Origin: Macrostomum lignano
Taxonomy: Eukaryota
Reading direction: 5' to 3'
DNA length: 64,000 bases
Assembly (NCBI GenBank): GCA_002269645.1
Contig: NIVC01000001.1
Location: forward strand, 1,054,001-1,118,000
Shown here one piece after another: positions 9,401 through 30,467 of the stretch. How positions within the stretch are numbered: position 1 is the stretch's first letter; each line of letters starts with the position of its first letter. The notes under the pieces are model-generated. The model saw only the letters and a program-made list of their open reading frames with translations, had not been told where the DNA came from and ran no database searches. The position numbers and the translations under genes are program-made.

Positions 9401-12184
9401 ATCCCCTATGAACAGACCCTCCTGAGAATCCCCTTAACCCTCACTAGGAAATCCGAAAATTCTCAGAGAATCCCTAATTTCTACCTGAACCCTCACTAAA
9501 ATATTTATTGAACCTTAATCCAGAATCATTCTGAGTAGCTGCAGAGAATTATTTTTGAGCAGCCACTGAGAACCCCCCCCCCTAACTTTGAGCAGCTGGT
9601 GACTGGCTACCGCTGGACCCGACTATCAAACTCATCAGCTGCCGGCTTCGCTTTGAACGGCTCGGCCAGCCAGCCCGTGCTGCTGCTCGCCAACCTCCTG
9701 CCCGGCCGTTACACCTTCCGTTTGACCGTTCGCGATGTCGAAAACGCCAGCGGCTTCGCCGACGTCGCTTTCGAAGCCGTCGCCTGGCCATCGGCCGACG
9801 CTGTCGTTGTGCTGGAGCTGCGCGCCGAGCCCGCCAGCTTTCAACAGCAGGCAGCTGTGGCGGTGCTCAATCAGCTCAGGCTGGTGGCGCCGAGGCTGAG
9901 GCCGCTTGGCGATTGGACTGCGCCAGGCTCTGGCGGAGACGGCCTCGTCCGATTGCGTCTGGTGGCCGACAATGGCAGCGAAGGAGCTTTCCTGCCTGCT
10001 AGACAGGTGAGAACCTCTTAATCCTGCCTGATTGGGTGCTGCATCATTTCCGTTCCTGTTCTAGGTTCCAATTCTCGACAAGCCATAAACCCATTTCACA
10101 AGGCAGGCATTCAGATTTTCCGGAATCAAGAATCGCCCATTAGTAGACTGTAGAATGGCCCCTTAATAGCCTGGAGAATCGCCGCTTAATAGCCTGTAGA
10201 ATCGCCCCTTAATAGCCTGTAGAATCGCCCCTTAATAGCCTGTAGAATCGCCCCTTAATAGCTTGTAAAATCGCCCCTTAATAGCCTGTAGAATCGCCCC
10301 TTAATAGCCTGTAGAATCGCCCCTTAATAGCCTGTAGAATCGCCCCTTAATAGCTTGTAAAATCGCCCCTTAATAGCCTGTAGAATCGCCCCTTAATAGC
10401 CTGGAGAATCGCCGCTTAATAGCCTGTAGAATCGCCCCTTAATAGCCTGGAGAATCGCCGCTTAATAGCCTGTAGAATCGCCCCTTAATAGCCTGTAGAA
10501 TCGCCCCTTAATAGCTTGTAAAATCGCCCCTTAATAGCCTGGAGAATCGCCCCTTAATAGCCTGTAGAATCGCCCCTTAATAGCCTGTAGAATCGCCCCT
10601 TAATAGCCTGTAGAATCGCCCCTTAATAGCTTGTAAAATCGCCCCTTAATAGCCTGGAGAATCGCCCCTTAATAGCCTGTAGAATCGCCTCTTAATAGCC
10701 TGTAGAATCGCCCCTTAATAGCCTGGAGAATCGCCGCTTAATAGCCTGTAGAATCGCCCCTTAATAGCCTGGAGAATCGCCGCTTAATAGCCTGTAGAAT
10801 CGCCCCTTAATAGCCTGTAGAATCGCACCTTAATAGCCTGTAGAATCGCCCCTTAATAGCCTGTAGAATCGCCCCTTAATAGCCTGTAGAATCGCCCCTT
10901 AATAGCCTGTAAAATCGCGCCATAATAGCCTGTAGAATCGCCTCTTAATAGCCTGTAGAATCGCACCTTAATAGCCTGTAGAATCGCCCCTTAATAGCCT
11001 GTAGAATCGCCCCTTAATAGCCTGTAGAATCGCCCCTTAATAGCCTGTAGAATCGCCCCTTAATAGCTTGTAAAATCGCCCCTTAATAGCCTGGAGAATC
11101 GCCCCTTAATAGCCTGTAGAATCGCCTCTTAATAGCCTGTAGAATCGCCCCTTAATAGCCTGGAGAATCGCCGCTTAATAGCCTGTAGAATCGCCCCTTA
11201 ATAGCCTGTAAAATCGCCCCATAATAGCCTGTAGAATCGCCTCTTAATAGCCTGTAGAATCGCCCCTTAATAGCCTGTAGAATCGCCTCTTAATAGCCTG
11301 TAGAATCGCCCCTTAATAGCCTGGAGAATCGCCCCTTAATAGCCTGGAGAATCGCCCCTTAATAGCCTGTAGAATCGCCCCTTAATAGCCTGTAGAATCG
11401 CCCCTTAATAGCCTGCAGAATCGCCCCTTAATAGCCCTGAAAATCGCCCCTTAATAGCCTGTGGAATCGCCCCTTAATAGCCCTGAGAATCGCCTGTCAG
11501 GACTTCTCAAAGCTGGATTCGCCCATCCAAATCCGCAATCTCACCAACCCGAAACCCGGCCAGCTGGTCGCCAATCTCCGCCGCCGCCTGCTGCCGGACA
11601 CCCTGGACTATCCCGTGGCCGACCTGCGCACCGAGACCTGCCAGCTGACCTGCTCCGGCCGAGGCGTCTGCGACCCGGCTAGCCGAACCTGCCGCTGCCA
11701 CTGGCTGTGGATGGCCAACCCGACGGCTGGCGGGCCCAACTGCGACTGGTCGCTGGTGTACGTCTGCCTGGCCCTGGCGGTGGCCCTGCTGTTGTGCCTG
11801 CCGCCGTCTCGCTGCCTCCTGGCCGCCTGCCGGCGTCGTTGGCGTCGCCGCGGCAGTCGTCAACAGCAGCGTCGGCGGCGTCGCCAACTGCTACGTCGAC
11901 AGCGTCGTCGTCGACGAAGACGCGGCGACGGCAACGGCGGCGACAACGACAACAGTAGCGACTATTACGAGTCGGAGTCGGCCGACGACTGCGACTACGA
12001 GGACGGCGCAGTTCCGCTGGCGTCGATGCCGAACGACGAATTGCGCGCCATCGTCACCAGGCGAAGCGCCGCCGCATCGGCTCCGCCGTCGCCGCCTCCA
12101 CCGTCGCCGCCTTCAGCGCAGTCGGTCGCGACCAATACTCAGTCGCCACCGCCACCGCCGACTCCTGCGGCTAAGGAGAAGTGA
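3463..12184 (+). CDS. KIAA0319L: KIAA0319/KIAA0319L (AAVR)-like type I membrane protein with PKD repeats, EGF-like domain and TM
   Basis: Phase-consistent exons 3463-3658, 5599-6134, 7001-7322, 8066-8274, 9596-10006, 11564-12184. Four PKD-type repeats (e.g. PPRASAG..V.LP.N.V.L.GEGSTDDRGIVSYAWTQV; Y.F.LTVTD..G.TDSA.VTV.V). The juxtamembrane motif CQLTCSGRGVCDPASRTCRCHWLWM..NCDWSLVYV matches the KIAA0319 family and is followed by a TM segment and a basic cytoplasmic stretch. Confidence 0.9.
3721..4054. mobile_element. Mutator/foldback-like MITE with sub-repeated inverted arms
   Basis: The left arm carries ATCATAAACCCGAAA-type subrepeats and the right arm carries their reverse complements (TTTCGGGTTTATGAT). 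A 9-bp direct repeat CTGTAACAA flanks it at 3712-3720 and 4055-4063. It lies in the first intron of the KIAA0319-like gene. Confidence 0.78.
4086..4290 (+). mobile_element. tRNA-derived CORE-type SINE, copy 1 (3' truncated)
   Basis: Pol III A box (TAGCCTAGTGG) and B box (GGTTCGATTCC), then CCTTGAGCAAGACACTTAACTCTGCATTGCTTCAGTTCACCCAGCTGTAAAATGGG, resembling the MIR/CORE domain. Near-identical to the copy at 62289. Confidence 0.85.
4658..5175. repeat. 102-bp tandem repeat (5 copies) within a GCGAC/GAGTC-rich element
   Basis: Units start at 4670, 4772, 4874, 4976 and 5078. A partial inverted copy lies at ~5420-5472. Confidence 0.9.
6150..6908. repeat. 21-bp intronic minisatellite (TCTCAAGTTTGAGTCATTCGA)
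   Basis: Fills intron 6135-7000. Confidence 0.95.
7338..7700. repeat. 21-bp intronic minisatellite (AATAAGTCTGACACAGTTCTC)
   Basis: Starts ~15 nt after the donor at 7323. Confidence 0.95.
7790..8020. repeat. 19-bp intronic minisatellite (ATCAAGCCTGACTCTCCTC)
   Basis: Second, unrelated array in the same intron (7323-8065). Confidence 0.95.
8330..9400. repeat. 24-bp intronic minisatellite (CTGACAACCTGCCCTGAAGAGTCA)
   Basis: About 44 units filling intron 8275-9595. Confidence 0.95.
10150..11495. repeat. 23-bp intronic minisatellite (CCCTTAATAGCCTGTAGAATCGC)
   Basis: About 58 units filling intron 10007-11563. Confidence 0.95.
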
Positions 12185-12339
12185 GGCTGGCAGAGACAGC
12201 TGCACTCAGGCACTTAGACTTGCACTCGTAGACAGATGCATATTTAGTCAGGCAACGCAGTAATACAGGCAGGCAAGTGGACCAGTAGATAGACAAGAAT
12301 ACTTTTTAATATTACTTATTATCTACTTTTCATCTGCCT

Positions 12340-13361
12340 ATATGTAGATAATTAATCAGACAGACACGTAGATAATTAGGTAAACAGGTAAATAATCAGA
12401 CATACAGGTTGATAATTAGGCAGACAGGTAGATAATAAGGTAAGCAGGTAAATAATCAGACACAGGTTGATAATTAGGCAGACAGGTAGATCATTAAACT
12501 GTCAGACAGGTAGATAATTAGACTGTCGGACAGGTAGATAACTAGACTGTCGGACAGCTAGATAACTAGACTGTCGGACAGGTAGATAACTAGACTGTCG
12601 GACAGGTAGATAACTAGACTGTCGGACAGGTAGATAACTAGACTGCCGGACAGGTAGATAACTAGACTGTCGGACAGGTAGATAACTAGACTGCCGGACA
12701 GCTAGATAACTAGACTGTCGGACAGGTAGATAACTAGACTGTCGGACAGGTAGATAACTAGACTGTCGGACAGGTAGATAACTAGACTGCCGGACAGGTA
12801 GATAACTAGACTGCGGGACAGGTAGATAACCAGACGGACAGGTAGATAACTAGACTGCCGGACAGGTAGATAACTAGACGGACAGGTAGATAACTAGATG
12901 GACAGGTAGATAACTAGACTGTCGGACAGGTAGATAACTAGACTGCCGGACAGGTAGATAACTAGACTGCCGGACAGGTAGATAACTAGACTGCCGGACA
13001 GGTAGATAACTAGATGGACAGGTAGATAACTAGACTGTCGGACAGGTAGATAACTAGATGGACAGGTAGATAACTAGACTGTCGGACAGGTAGATAACTA
13101 GACGGACAGGTAGATAACTAGACGGACAGGTAGATAACTAGATGGACAGGTAGATAACTAGACTGCCGGACAGGTAGATAACTAGACTGCCGGACAGGTA
13201 GATAACTAGATGGACAGGTAGATAACTAGACTGCCGGACAGGTAGATAACTAGATGGACAGGTAGATAACTAGACTGTCGGACAGGTAGATAACTAGACT
13301 GCCGGACAGGTAGATAACTAGATGGACAGGTAGATAACTAGACTGTCGGACAGGTAGATAA
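12340..13361. repeat. 24/20-bp minisatellite (ACTAGACTGTCGGACAGGTAGATA) downstream of the KIAA0319-like stop
   Basis: Degenerate proto-units from ~12340, homogeneous units from ~12520. Confidence 0.93.
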
Positions 13362-13959
13362 GCATGCAGGCACAAGTCTTAAGTAGTTTTTGTTGTTTTG
13401 CTTATGCGCCATTTGTTGCGATAAAAAATACTACTAGGTAAATTTATTTTATCAGCGACCCGTTTATTTTTGTGCATTCACTTATTCTAAGGGTCCATGA
13501 CTGTTTTATTTTGTTTATATACTCCTATTACATTAACAAACTTGCAAGATTTAACGTGTGCAGTATGCATCGGACTTCTCATATCAATAGCGCTCAAAAG
13601 TGAATTCTAAATAATTATTATTTAGTAGGTGCAGCATTTTTCTAATTTGTAGTCTTCCCATTGATATACGTATAAAAGCAGGCAGATATGTTTAAAATTC
13701 CATAGCTTCGTTGAGGCGCTGGAAATCTATGCTTATTAGTACGGCGTTTGGGATTAATCGTTTTTGTTCTTCCTATCTTAAATAAAAAATATCCATCCCG
13801 TTGATCTATCTTTGTTGCGCAGGCCCACCCGATTTGCCTAGCTTCTTGTTATAAATGCGTTTTTGGGGTTAATGTAGCATTTTCTAATTTTATTCAAGAA
13901 TTTTAAGTATTCATTTTTAAGACACTGTCCATCAAATTCAAGCAATGTCTCTACATATT

Positions 13960-14395
13960 TTCGTCTATGTTCAAAACACTGACCATGGTCAAAACATTGT
14001 CTATGGTCAAAACATTGTCTATGGTCAAAAGACTCGTGGTCAAAACACTGACTATGGTCAAAACATTGTCTATGGTCAAAAGACTCGTGGTCAAAACACT
14101 GACTATGGTCAAAACATTGTCTATGGTCAAAACACTGTCTATGGTCAAAGCACTGTCTATAGTCAAAACACTGTCTATGGTCAAAACATTGTCTATGGTC
14201 AAAACATTGTCTATGGTCAAAAGACTGTCTATGGTCAAAACACTGACTATGGTCAAAACATTGTCTATGGTCAAAAGACTGTCTATGGTCAAAACACTGA
14301 CTATGGTCAAAACATTGTCTATGGTCAAAAGACTGTCTATGGTCAAAACACTGTCTATTTTCAAAACACTGTCTATGGTCAAAACATTGTCTGTG
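13960..14395. repeat. 18-bp minisatellite (TGTCTATGGTCAAAACAT/C)
   Basis: Tandem units visible; they generate spurious ORFs on both strands. Confidence 0.93.
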
Positions 14396-17067
14396 GTTTT
14401 TCTCTGATGGTTCTGAGTTAAAAGTCTAAACTCAACTGTTCGGTATATTAAATAAAATACTCTCCCTATGTACGATTTTGGCCATAGACAATCGTCAAAG
14501 CATGCGTTGAATATGGTTGGCCGTGTCTTCAATTGAATGCTCCACTACTTAAATTAAATGAAAACTGCTATAATAGTTATAGAAAACTCGTGAGCTCGAT
14601 GTCTAAGTACATTGCACTTTGCTGAACCGATCTAGTCATTGTATTTGTTATAATTGCTCCGACTACCGCGTCCTTTTCTATAAATTTCTTCTTTGTCAGA
14701 CAATTCTCTCTGTACCATTGCTGTGATCTTCCTAGCCTAATGCTGCTAACCTTGCTATTCCTATCACAGATACTTGATAATGATATTAGATATACTATAT
14801 GATATTAGATATACTATCCTATATTTTTTCTGAGGTCTGCTTGCCTTCTTCTAACTTCTTTTTTTTAATCAGTAATCTGAATGTTCAATGCATTATTTAT
14901 AAATGCTGTTGATTTGCTCTGACTATAGTTACTTCAAAAAACAATGTTTAGCTTCCAGTAATAAAGTTTCAGTGCTAGCGTGAACTGGCTTTCCTTAACT
15001 TAAGTGTCCCCATGCATTTTCTTAATTGTTAGCTTCGCGTGCCGGGGCTTATTTCTGGGGCCAAAAAATATATGATTTCAAGCTGTGACGCATTCCACTT
15101 TCAAATTTATCAGCGTCATAAGTGCATAAACTCAGATGACACAGCAATTTTATTTGCTGCTTTGTTTTAAGCTGGTCTTTGGTCTAATTGTATTTTTTGC
15201 CTTTACATATGTACAAATCCTCGTGCTTGTGCCACAAGCATTTATACAGAATTTGATTTGGTACAAACATCAAATTGGCAAAGTAGCGGTTTTTAACAAA
15301 GGTGGGATGCAATTTTCCGCTCTATACATTTATTGAAAGGTGTAAGATGTTATCTATTTCACATAGATAGATCATGAATGAACAGAATTACCGTTAATGG
15401 TACATTACGCATGTATTACACTATAGCCATGGCTGCGATTTTGTGCTTGATCTGTATATTAAACTTGTGAATTGGGTCGGGTTTTGCGTATGCTGATACG
15501 CTGATTTTTCGTCTTGGCGTCGAAGACATACATAGGAAGATTTCTTTATTTAAATTCTTAGACGATTGCCTCGATCGTCATCCCGTGGAGGCACCGATCT
15601 TATCTATAGAAAATGTACCAATTCGGTACGATCTTATCGGGATGAAAACGTGTTCTCTATCGATCAGAGACGTCAACAATCAATTACATAAGAAGCTCAG
15701 ATTTTGTATGTTTGAAGCGAACTTTATGCTAGCTTACTAGATTGATCATGATATCGAACGGCATTAGGAAACTCAGATTTTATAAGTATGTAGCTGCGAA
15801 AAAATTAAAAACCCATCTAAATTTTTATTTTCGACGCATAAAAAATGAGTAATAAAATTATGCTCTAATTTTTATTCATGTTATTTTGTTAAGTTTGTAA
15901 CTTTAGCTTTCCTTGCGACGGCGCGGTACTTTAAATATCAACTTACTGGATATTTTTATAGATTTTGAGTTTGGTGTCAACTTGTCAAGTTCTAACATTT
16001 TACATTGAATCAATGGAATACTATACTACGTAAATATTTTAGCTTGCAGACGCCAATTTAATTCTAAATAAGCAATTTTGGCTGCATTTTTACAGAAATA
16101 TGTTGTCTTGTCAAATCAAATCAGTCTTACATTACATTACTTATGCCAGTTATGGTTAGGGCCTATATTATATCAATCCAAGTGCAACTGTACAACCAAC
16201 ACTAAATATCCTCACTTTAAAAAACAGGCAGAGATGACGATAATTATTTTTAAAATATAATAAACCAGATCATGATCGCCATATCACTACTTGTTAGCAT
16301 AGGCTATCAGCTTAAAAGCAAACCTAATTGAAATATTTCAAAACTAAATTCCATTGGCATCAGTTATGTTTTCGCCATTTAGGTGCTTACTAGATAGATA
16401 CCGACAAACCATTTTTAGTATGGTGGATTTATGGACAATATTTTTTTAATGAAAAGTGTTAAGTTAGATAAATAATATTTTGCATCTTTATGAATTTAGC
16501 ATTTAGTTTGGTTTTTTAATTAATACACTTAATGTAGTTAATAATGAAAAAATGATTTGGGCAAAATTATTTATATTTGTTTATTAGTAAACACTGCAAT
16601 GTCTAGGCCTACTCATATGGTCATATCATATGGCTGAAAGAGCTACTTGTCATTGATATACGATTAGTGTATGATAATTTTCTTGATTAATTGCTATAGC
16701 ATTTCTTGCTAGCTTCTCAACAACAAATAGATAAACTAAATATATAAAAACAATAATCTTCATTTATGAAATATTTATTTACTGAAAAAAAAATTATGTG
16801 TAACCTATCTTAATCATCAATTGTACTATGACGAATTTTATAAAATTACTTTTAATGCTAATAAATTCACTTTCAACATTACAATTTTCAGGCAATTCGA
16901 CTTACCATTGTCATCTTGCTCATTATTTTCCAATGTTGCATTCATGCATTTATTAATTCATCCTACTGTGAGTAAACTGATTGAGTTTTATTGCAAAATT
17001 TTCTTTAAAAATACAAAATAACCTCATATAGGAATTTATATCTAATGACAACCATTTTCTAATTCAG

Positions 17068-23965
<6,898 letters not shown>

Positions 23966-24019
23966 TTGTCACTAAATATGATTCTGATATGATCAATTTG
24001 TGTTCTATTTAAACTTACG

Positions 24020-24710
24020 AGCTAGTAGAGAGCTAGTGGAGAGCTAGTGGAGAGCTAGTGGAGAGCTAGTGGAGAGCTAGTAGAGAGCTAATGGAGAGCT
24101 AGTGGAGAGCTAATGGAGAGCTAGTGGAGAGCTAGTGGAGAGCTAATGGAGAGCTAGTGGAGAGCTAATGGAGAGCTAGTGGAGAGCTAGTGGAGAGCTA
24201 ATGGAGAGCTAGTGGAGAGCTAATGGAGAGCTGGTGGAGAGCTAATGGAGAGCTGGTGGAGAGCTAATGGAGAGCTAGTGGAGAGCTAATGGAGAGCTAA
24301 TGGAGAGCTAATGGAGAGCTGATGGAGAGCTAATGGAGAGCTAGTGGAGAGCTAGTGGAGAGCTAGTGAAGAGTTAGTAGAGAGCTAGTGAAGAGTTAGT
24401 AGAGAGCTAGTGGAGAGCTAGTAGAGAGCTAGTGGAGAGCTAGTAGAGAGCTAGTGAAGAGTTAGTAGAGAGCTAGTGAAGAGTTAGTAGAGAGCTAGTG
24501 GAGAGTTAGTAGAGAGCTAGTGGAGAGCTAGTAGAGAGCTAGTGGAGAGCTAGTAGAGAGCTAGTGGAGAGCTAGTAGAGAGCTAGTAGAGAGCTAATGG
24601 AGAGCTAGTGGAGAGCTAGTGGAGAGCTAGTAGAGAGCTAGTGGAGAGCTAGTAGAGAGCTAGTAGAGAGCTAATGGAGAGCTAGTGGAGAGCTAGTGGA
24701 GAGCTGGTGG
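24020..24710. repeat. 11-bp minisatellite (GAGCTAGTGGA)
   Basis: About 60 units downstream of the receptor stop codon. Confidence 0.95.
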
Positions 24711-25369
24711 ATTGCTCAACTCATAGGAACACAGAAATCATTAATAAAAATTTTAATCAGTCTTCCAAGTCATTCGTTGCATTCGTTCTCAATACTCGTA
24801 AAACACTATTATCGTATTTATTTAAGGTATGTACTCTTTTTTGCTCACTATCCTACTGCTTATCTAGGCTTAAGTAATGCTTCCAGCGTTTTTATAGAAA
24901 TATTCGCATTCAATGCCAAAACCTTGTCGCGAATTAAATTCAATTCCGTCCATTTTCTATGAAAATGTTGCCACTCTGACTTGCAGCTGAGTTTGTCAAC
25001 GAGTTTTGCCAAGTTATATTACATCTATATACATACTACCGATATTTTACATATATTTCTACCCTCGTATTTTCAGTTTTTTATCACTGAAATCAATCTT
25101 AACATGTTTATCGATGAATCTTTTTATTTTAAATTCGTGCCACGTTTTTATATTTGTTTTATCGCCACTATTGCAGCCGTTTACAGAGAAAAATACACAC
25201 ATTTTTGTATCATTCAATACTTCGAATCGTTGCCATATTCAGTAATTGAGAGCACCGTGTTTAACTATTTCTAAAACTTCCTTAACAGAAAATAATTTAC
25301 TTGAACATAAAATGAAATGCAACATCTGTTGAAACTTTACCTATGTCTGTTTGCCCATCTTAAGCCTTG

Positions 25370-28300
25370 CTATCCACTCTTCCGCCCCGTATCCCGCTCT
25401 TCCGCCCCTATCCTCCTCTTCCGCCCCCTATTCTACTCTTTCGCCCTCCTATCTCGCTCCTCCGCCCCCTATGCCACTCTTCCACCCCCATGCCACTCTT
25501 CCACCCCCCATGCCACTCTTCCACCCCCATGCCACTCTTCCACCCCCCATGCCACTCTTCCACCCCCATCCCACTCTTCCGCCCCCATGCCACTCTTCCA
25601 CCCCCATGCCACTCTTCCGCCCCCATGCCGCTCTTCCACCCCCATCCCACTCTTCCGCCCCCCATGCCACTCTTCCACCCCCATCCCACTCTTCCACCCC
25701 CCATGCCGCTCTTCCACCCCCATCCCACTCCTCCGCCCCCTATGCCACTCTTCCACCCCCATCCCACTCTTCCACCCCCCATGCCACTCTTCCATCCCCA
25801 TCCCACTCTTCCATCCCCATCCCACTCCTCCATCCCCATCCCACTCCTCCGCCCCCTATGCCACTCTTCCACCCCATCCCACTTTTCCGCCCCCTATGCC
25901 ACTCTTCCGCCCCCTATGCCACTCTTCCACCCCATCCCACTCTTCCGCCCCCTATGCCACTCCTCCGCCCCTATGCCACTCTTCCACCCCATCCCACTCT
26001 TCCGCCCCCCATCCCACTCCTCCGCCCCCTATGCCACTCCTCCGCCCCCTATGCCACTTCTCCGCCCCCTATGCCACTCTTCCACCCCCATCCCACTCTT
26101 CCACCCCCCATGCCACTCTTCCACCCCCATCCCACTCTTCCACCCCCCATGCCACTCTTCCACCCCCATCCCACTCTTCCACCCCCCATGCCACTCTTCC
26201 ACCCCATCCCACTCTTCCATCCCCATCCCACTCTTCCATCCCCATCCCACTCCTCCATCCCCATCCCACTCCTCCATCCCCATCCCACTCTTCCACCCCC
26301 ATCCCACTCTTCCACCCCCCATGCCACTCTTCCACCCCATGCCACTCTTCCACCCCCATCCCACTCCTCCGCCCCCTATGCCACTCTTCCATCCCCATCC
26401 CACTCTTCCATCCCCATCCCACTCCTCCGCCCCTATGCCACTCTTCCACCCCATCCCACTCTTCCGCCCCCTATGCCACTCTTCCGCCCCCTATGCCACT
26501 CTTCCGCCCCCATGCCACTCTTCCATCCCCATCCCACTCTTCCGCCCCCTATGCCACTCCTCCGCCCCCATGCCACTCTTCCACCCCCATCCCACTCTTC
26601 CATCCCCATCCCACTCCTCCGCCCCCTATGCCACACTTCCACCCCATCCCACTCCTCCATCCCCATCCCACTCCTCCGCCCCCTATGCCACTCTTCCACC
26701 CCCATCCCACTCTTCCATCCCCATCCCACTCCTCCGCCCCCTATGCCACTCTTCCATCCCCATCCCACTCCTCCGCCCCTATGCCACTCCTCCGCCCCCT
26801 ATGCCACTCTTCCATCCCCATCCCACTCTTCCATCCCCATCCCACTCCTCCGCCCCCTATGCCACTCTTCCATCCCCATCCCACTCTTCCATCCCCATCC
26901 CACTCTTCCATCCCCATCCCACTCTTCCATCCCCATCCCACTCTTCCATCCCCATCCCACTCTTCCATCCCCATCCCACTCTTCCATCCCATCCTACTCT
27001 TCCGCCCCCATCCCACTTTTCCATCCCCATTCCACTCTTCCATCCCCATCCTACTCTTCCGCCCCCATCCCACTCTTCCATCCCCATCCCACTCTTCCAC
27101 CCCCATCCCACTCTTCCACCCCCATCCCACTCCTCCGCCCCCTATGCCACTCTTCCACCCCCATCCCACTCTTCCGCCCCTAGCCACTCTTCCACCCCCA
27201 TCCCACTCTTCCACCCCCATGCCACTCTTCCACCCCTATGCCACTCTTCCATCCCCATCCCACTCTTCCATCCCCATCCCACTCCTCCATCCCCATCCCA
27301 CTCCTCCGCCCCCTATGCCACTCTTCCACCCCATCCCACTCTTCCGCCCCCTATGCCACTCTTCCGCCCCCTATGCCACTCTTCCACCCCATCCCACTCT
27401 TCCGCCCCCTATGCCACTCCTCCGCCCCTATGCCACTCTTCCACCCCCATCCCACTCTTCCATCCCCATCCCACTCTTCCATCCCCATCCCACTCCTCCA
27501 TCCCCATCCCACTCCTCCATCCCCATCCCACTCTTCCACCCCCATCCCACTCTTCCACCCCCCCATGCCACTCTTCCACCCCCATGCCACTCTTCCACCC
27601 CCATCCCACTCCTCCGCCCCCTATGCCACTCTTCCATCCCCATCCCACTCTTCCATCCCCATCCCACTCCTCCGCCCCTATGCCACTCTTCCACCCCATC
27701 CCACTCTTCCGCCCCCTATGCCACTCTTCCGCCCCCATGCCACTCTTCCATCCCCATCCCACTCTTCCGCCCCCTATGCCACTCCTCCGCCCCCATGCCA
27801 CTCTTCCACCCCCATCCCACTCTTCCATCCCCATCCCACTCCTCCGCCCCCTATGCCACACTTCCACCCCATCCCACTCCTCCATCCCCATCCCACTCCT
27901 CCGCCCCCTATGCCACTCTTCCACCCCCATCCCACTCTTCCATCCCCATCCCACTCCTCCGCCCCCTATGCCACTCTTCCATCCCCATCCCACTCCTCCG
28001 CCCCTATGCCACTCCTCCGCCCCCTATGCCACTCTTCCATCCCCATCCCACTCTTCCATCCCCATCCCACTCCTCCGCCCCCTATGCCACTCTTCCATCC
28101 CCATCCCACTCTTCCATCCCCATCCCACTCTTCCATCCCCATCCCACTCTTCCATCCCCATCCCACTCTTCCATCCCCATCCCACTCTTCCATCCCCATC
28201 CCACTCTTCCATCCCATCCTACTCTTCCGCCCCCATCCCACTTTTCCATCCCCATTCCACTCTTCCATCCCCATCCTACTCTTCCGCCCCCATCCCACTC

Positions 28301-28830
28301 TTCCATCCCCATCCCACTCTTCCACCCCCATCCCACTCTTCCACCCCCATCCCACTCCTCCGCCCCTATGCCACTCTTCCACCCCCATCCCACTCTTCCG
28401 CCCCCTAGCCACTCTTCCACCCCCATCCCACTCTTCCACCCCCCATGCCACTCTTCCACCCCTATGCCACTCTTCCATCCCCATCCCACTCTTCCATCCC
28501 CATCCCACTCCTCCATCCCCATCCCACTCCTCCGCCCCCTATGCCACTCTTCCACCCCATCCCACTCTTCCGCCCCCTATGCCACTCTTCCGCCCCTATG
28601 CCACTCTTCCACCCCATCCCACTCTTCCGCCCCCTATGCCACTCCTCCGCCCCTATGCCACTCTTCCACCCCATCCCACTCTTCCGCCCCCCATCCCACT
28701 CCTCCGCCCCCTATGCCACTCTTCCATCCCCATCCCACTCTTCCGCCCCCCATCCCACTCCTCCGCCCCCTATGCCACTCTTCCGCCCCCTATGCTACTC
28801 TTCCGCCCCCATCCCACTTTTCCACCGCTA
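25370..28830. repeat. ~3.5-kb C-rich 19-21-bp minisatellite (CCACTCTTCCACCCCCAT[C/G]) with an internal 1225-bp duplication
   Basis: Tandem units visible. Identical minus-strand ORFs recur at a 1225-bp offset (26741/27966, 26799/28024, 26857/28082). Confidence 0.95.
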
Positions 28831-29280
28831 TGTCACTCTTCTGCCATTCTCTTTCACGACTCGCATTCAGTGTTCCATTGTCCCAAAGAGGCTGCCAAAT
28901 TCTTCTCAGCTGAAATGCTCATAAACAGTATTTAAAATCCGCTGCACACACATTAACAATGCAAGCAAAGCTGCATCTCCAACGCTTGGCTTCAAGCGTA
29001 GCATCAAGCGTTTGATTTTTTGATCAAACACTTTTTCAACACTTTTGATTTGAAGCGTTTGCCGGTATTGCAATGTGATTCTCATATGGCCTCACTGGCT
29101 CCAGCGCCACGGCTGCTCCCATGCGATTTCCCATGAGAATGAGAACATGGGAAACCCGGTTAAACTATAATTGTTGGGAATTCGAATGAGGAAATTATTC
29201 TATTTTTTTCTGGCGGAGCCTTTGGGAAAATGCGACCGGACAGTCAAAGAGCAGGATGAGACCATGATTTCAGTGCAGAG

Positions 29281-29284
29281 TAGT

Positions 29285-29351
<67 letters not shown>

Positions 29352-29352
29352 G

Positions 29353-29391
<39 letters not shown>

Positions 29392-29392
29392 G

Positions 29393-29452
<60 letters not shown>

Positions 29453-29525
29453 CAGACAGATAGACAGATAGATAGACAGATAGATAGACAGATACAGATA
29501 CAGATACAGATAGACAGATACAGAT
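29281..29525. repeat. (GATA)n microsatellite
   Basis: Directly visible. Confidence 0.97.
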
Positions 29526-29904
29526 TTCAATGAGCCCATTGAATTGCATTATGGGAAACTGTAAACCCAGCAGCTATGCTGGTTCGATTTTAATATTGCA
29601 ATTGCAATTATTCTCGAGAGTAACAGGCGGAGCAGAGGACACACAGCTAACTGAACTGGCCATGGGGAGGAAAGTGAGACTGGACACTGCATCTCTGCGC
29701 CGTTTTCCCATGCACCAATGGCACCCGGCTCTCCCCGCCCTGCCGACGGATCTTGTTGCCAACAAAGAGTAAAACGCATGCATGTAGCAGCAACCTGCTT
29801 GAGCCGTCTACTGTGATACTGCAATACCAACCTACCAAACTACCATCCTACCGACCTACCAAACTACCGAACTATCAATCTACCACCCTAACCTACCCTC
29901 CGGC

Positions 29905-30368
29905 ATGCCGTTGGCATCGCAGGCCCGCGCCATCTGGTCCGCCATGGTCCGCCGCAAGGTGATGGACCGGGACCTGATGGCGACCCCGCTGCAGCGCTGC
30001 CTGACCACCATGGACCTGGTGCTGCTCGGCATCGGCAACATGTGCGGCGCTGGAATCTACGTCCTCACCGGCACTGTGGTGCGGCACAAGGCCGGCCCGG
30101 CCACCTTCCTGTCCTACCTGATCGCTGGCGTCACCGCCTTCCTCAACGGGCTGTGCTACGCTGAGCTGGGCGCCCGGGTGCCCAAGGCTGGCAGCGCCTA
30201 TAGCTACACCTACATTGCTGCCGGGGAGTTCCTAGGTGAGTTGGTTAGTTCATTAGTAAGCTAGTCAGTTAGTTAATTAGTTAGTTAGTTAGTTAGTTAA
30301 TTAGTTATTTAGTTAGTTAGTTAATTAGTTACTTAGTTAGTTAGTTAGTTGGTTAGTTAGTTAGTTAT

Positions 30369-30467
<99 letters not shown>

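Noticed and set aside
25317-28935. 1198-aa, 1013-aa and 610-aa Pro/His/Ser-rich ORFs (extensin-like)
   Set aside because: All three + frames are open because the C-rich repeat lacks stop codons; there is no domain or splice support.
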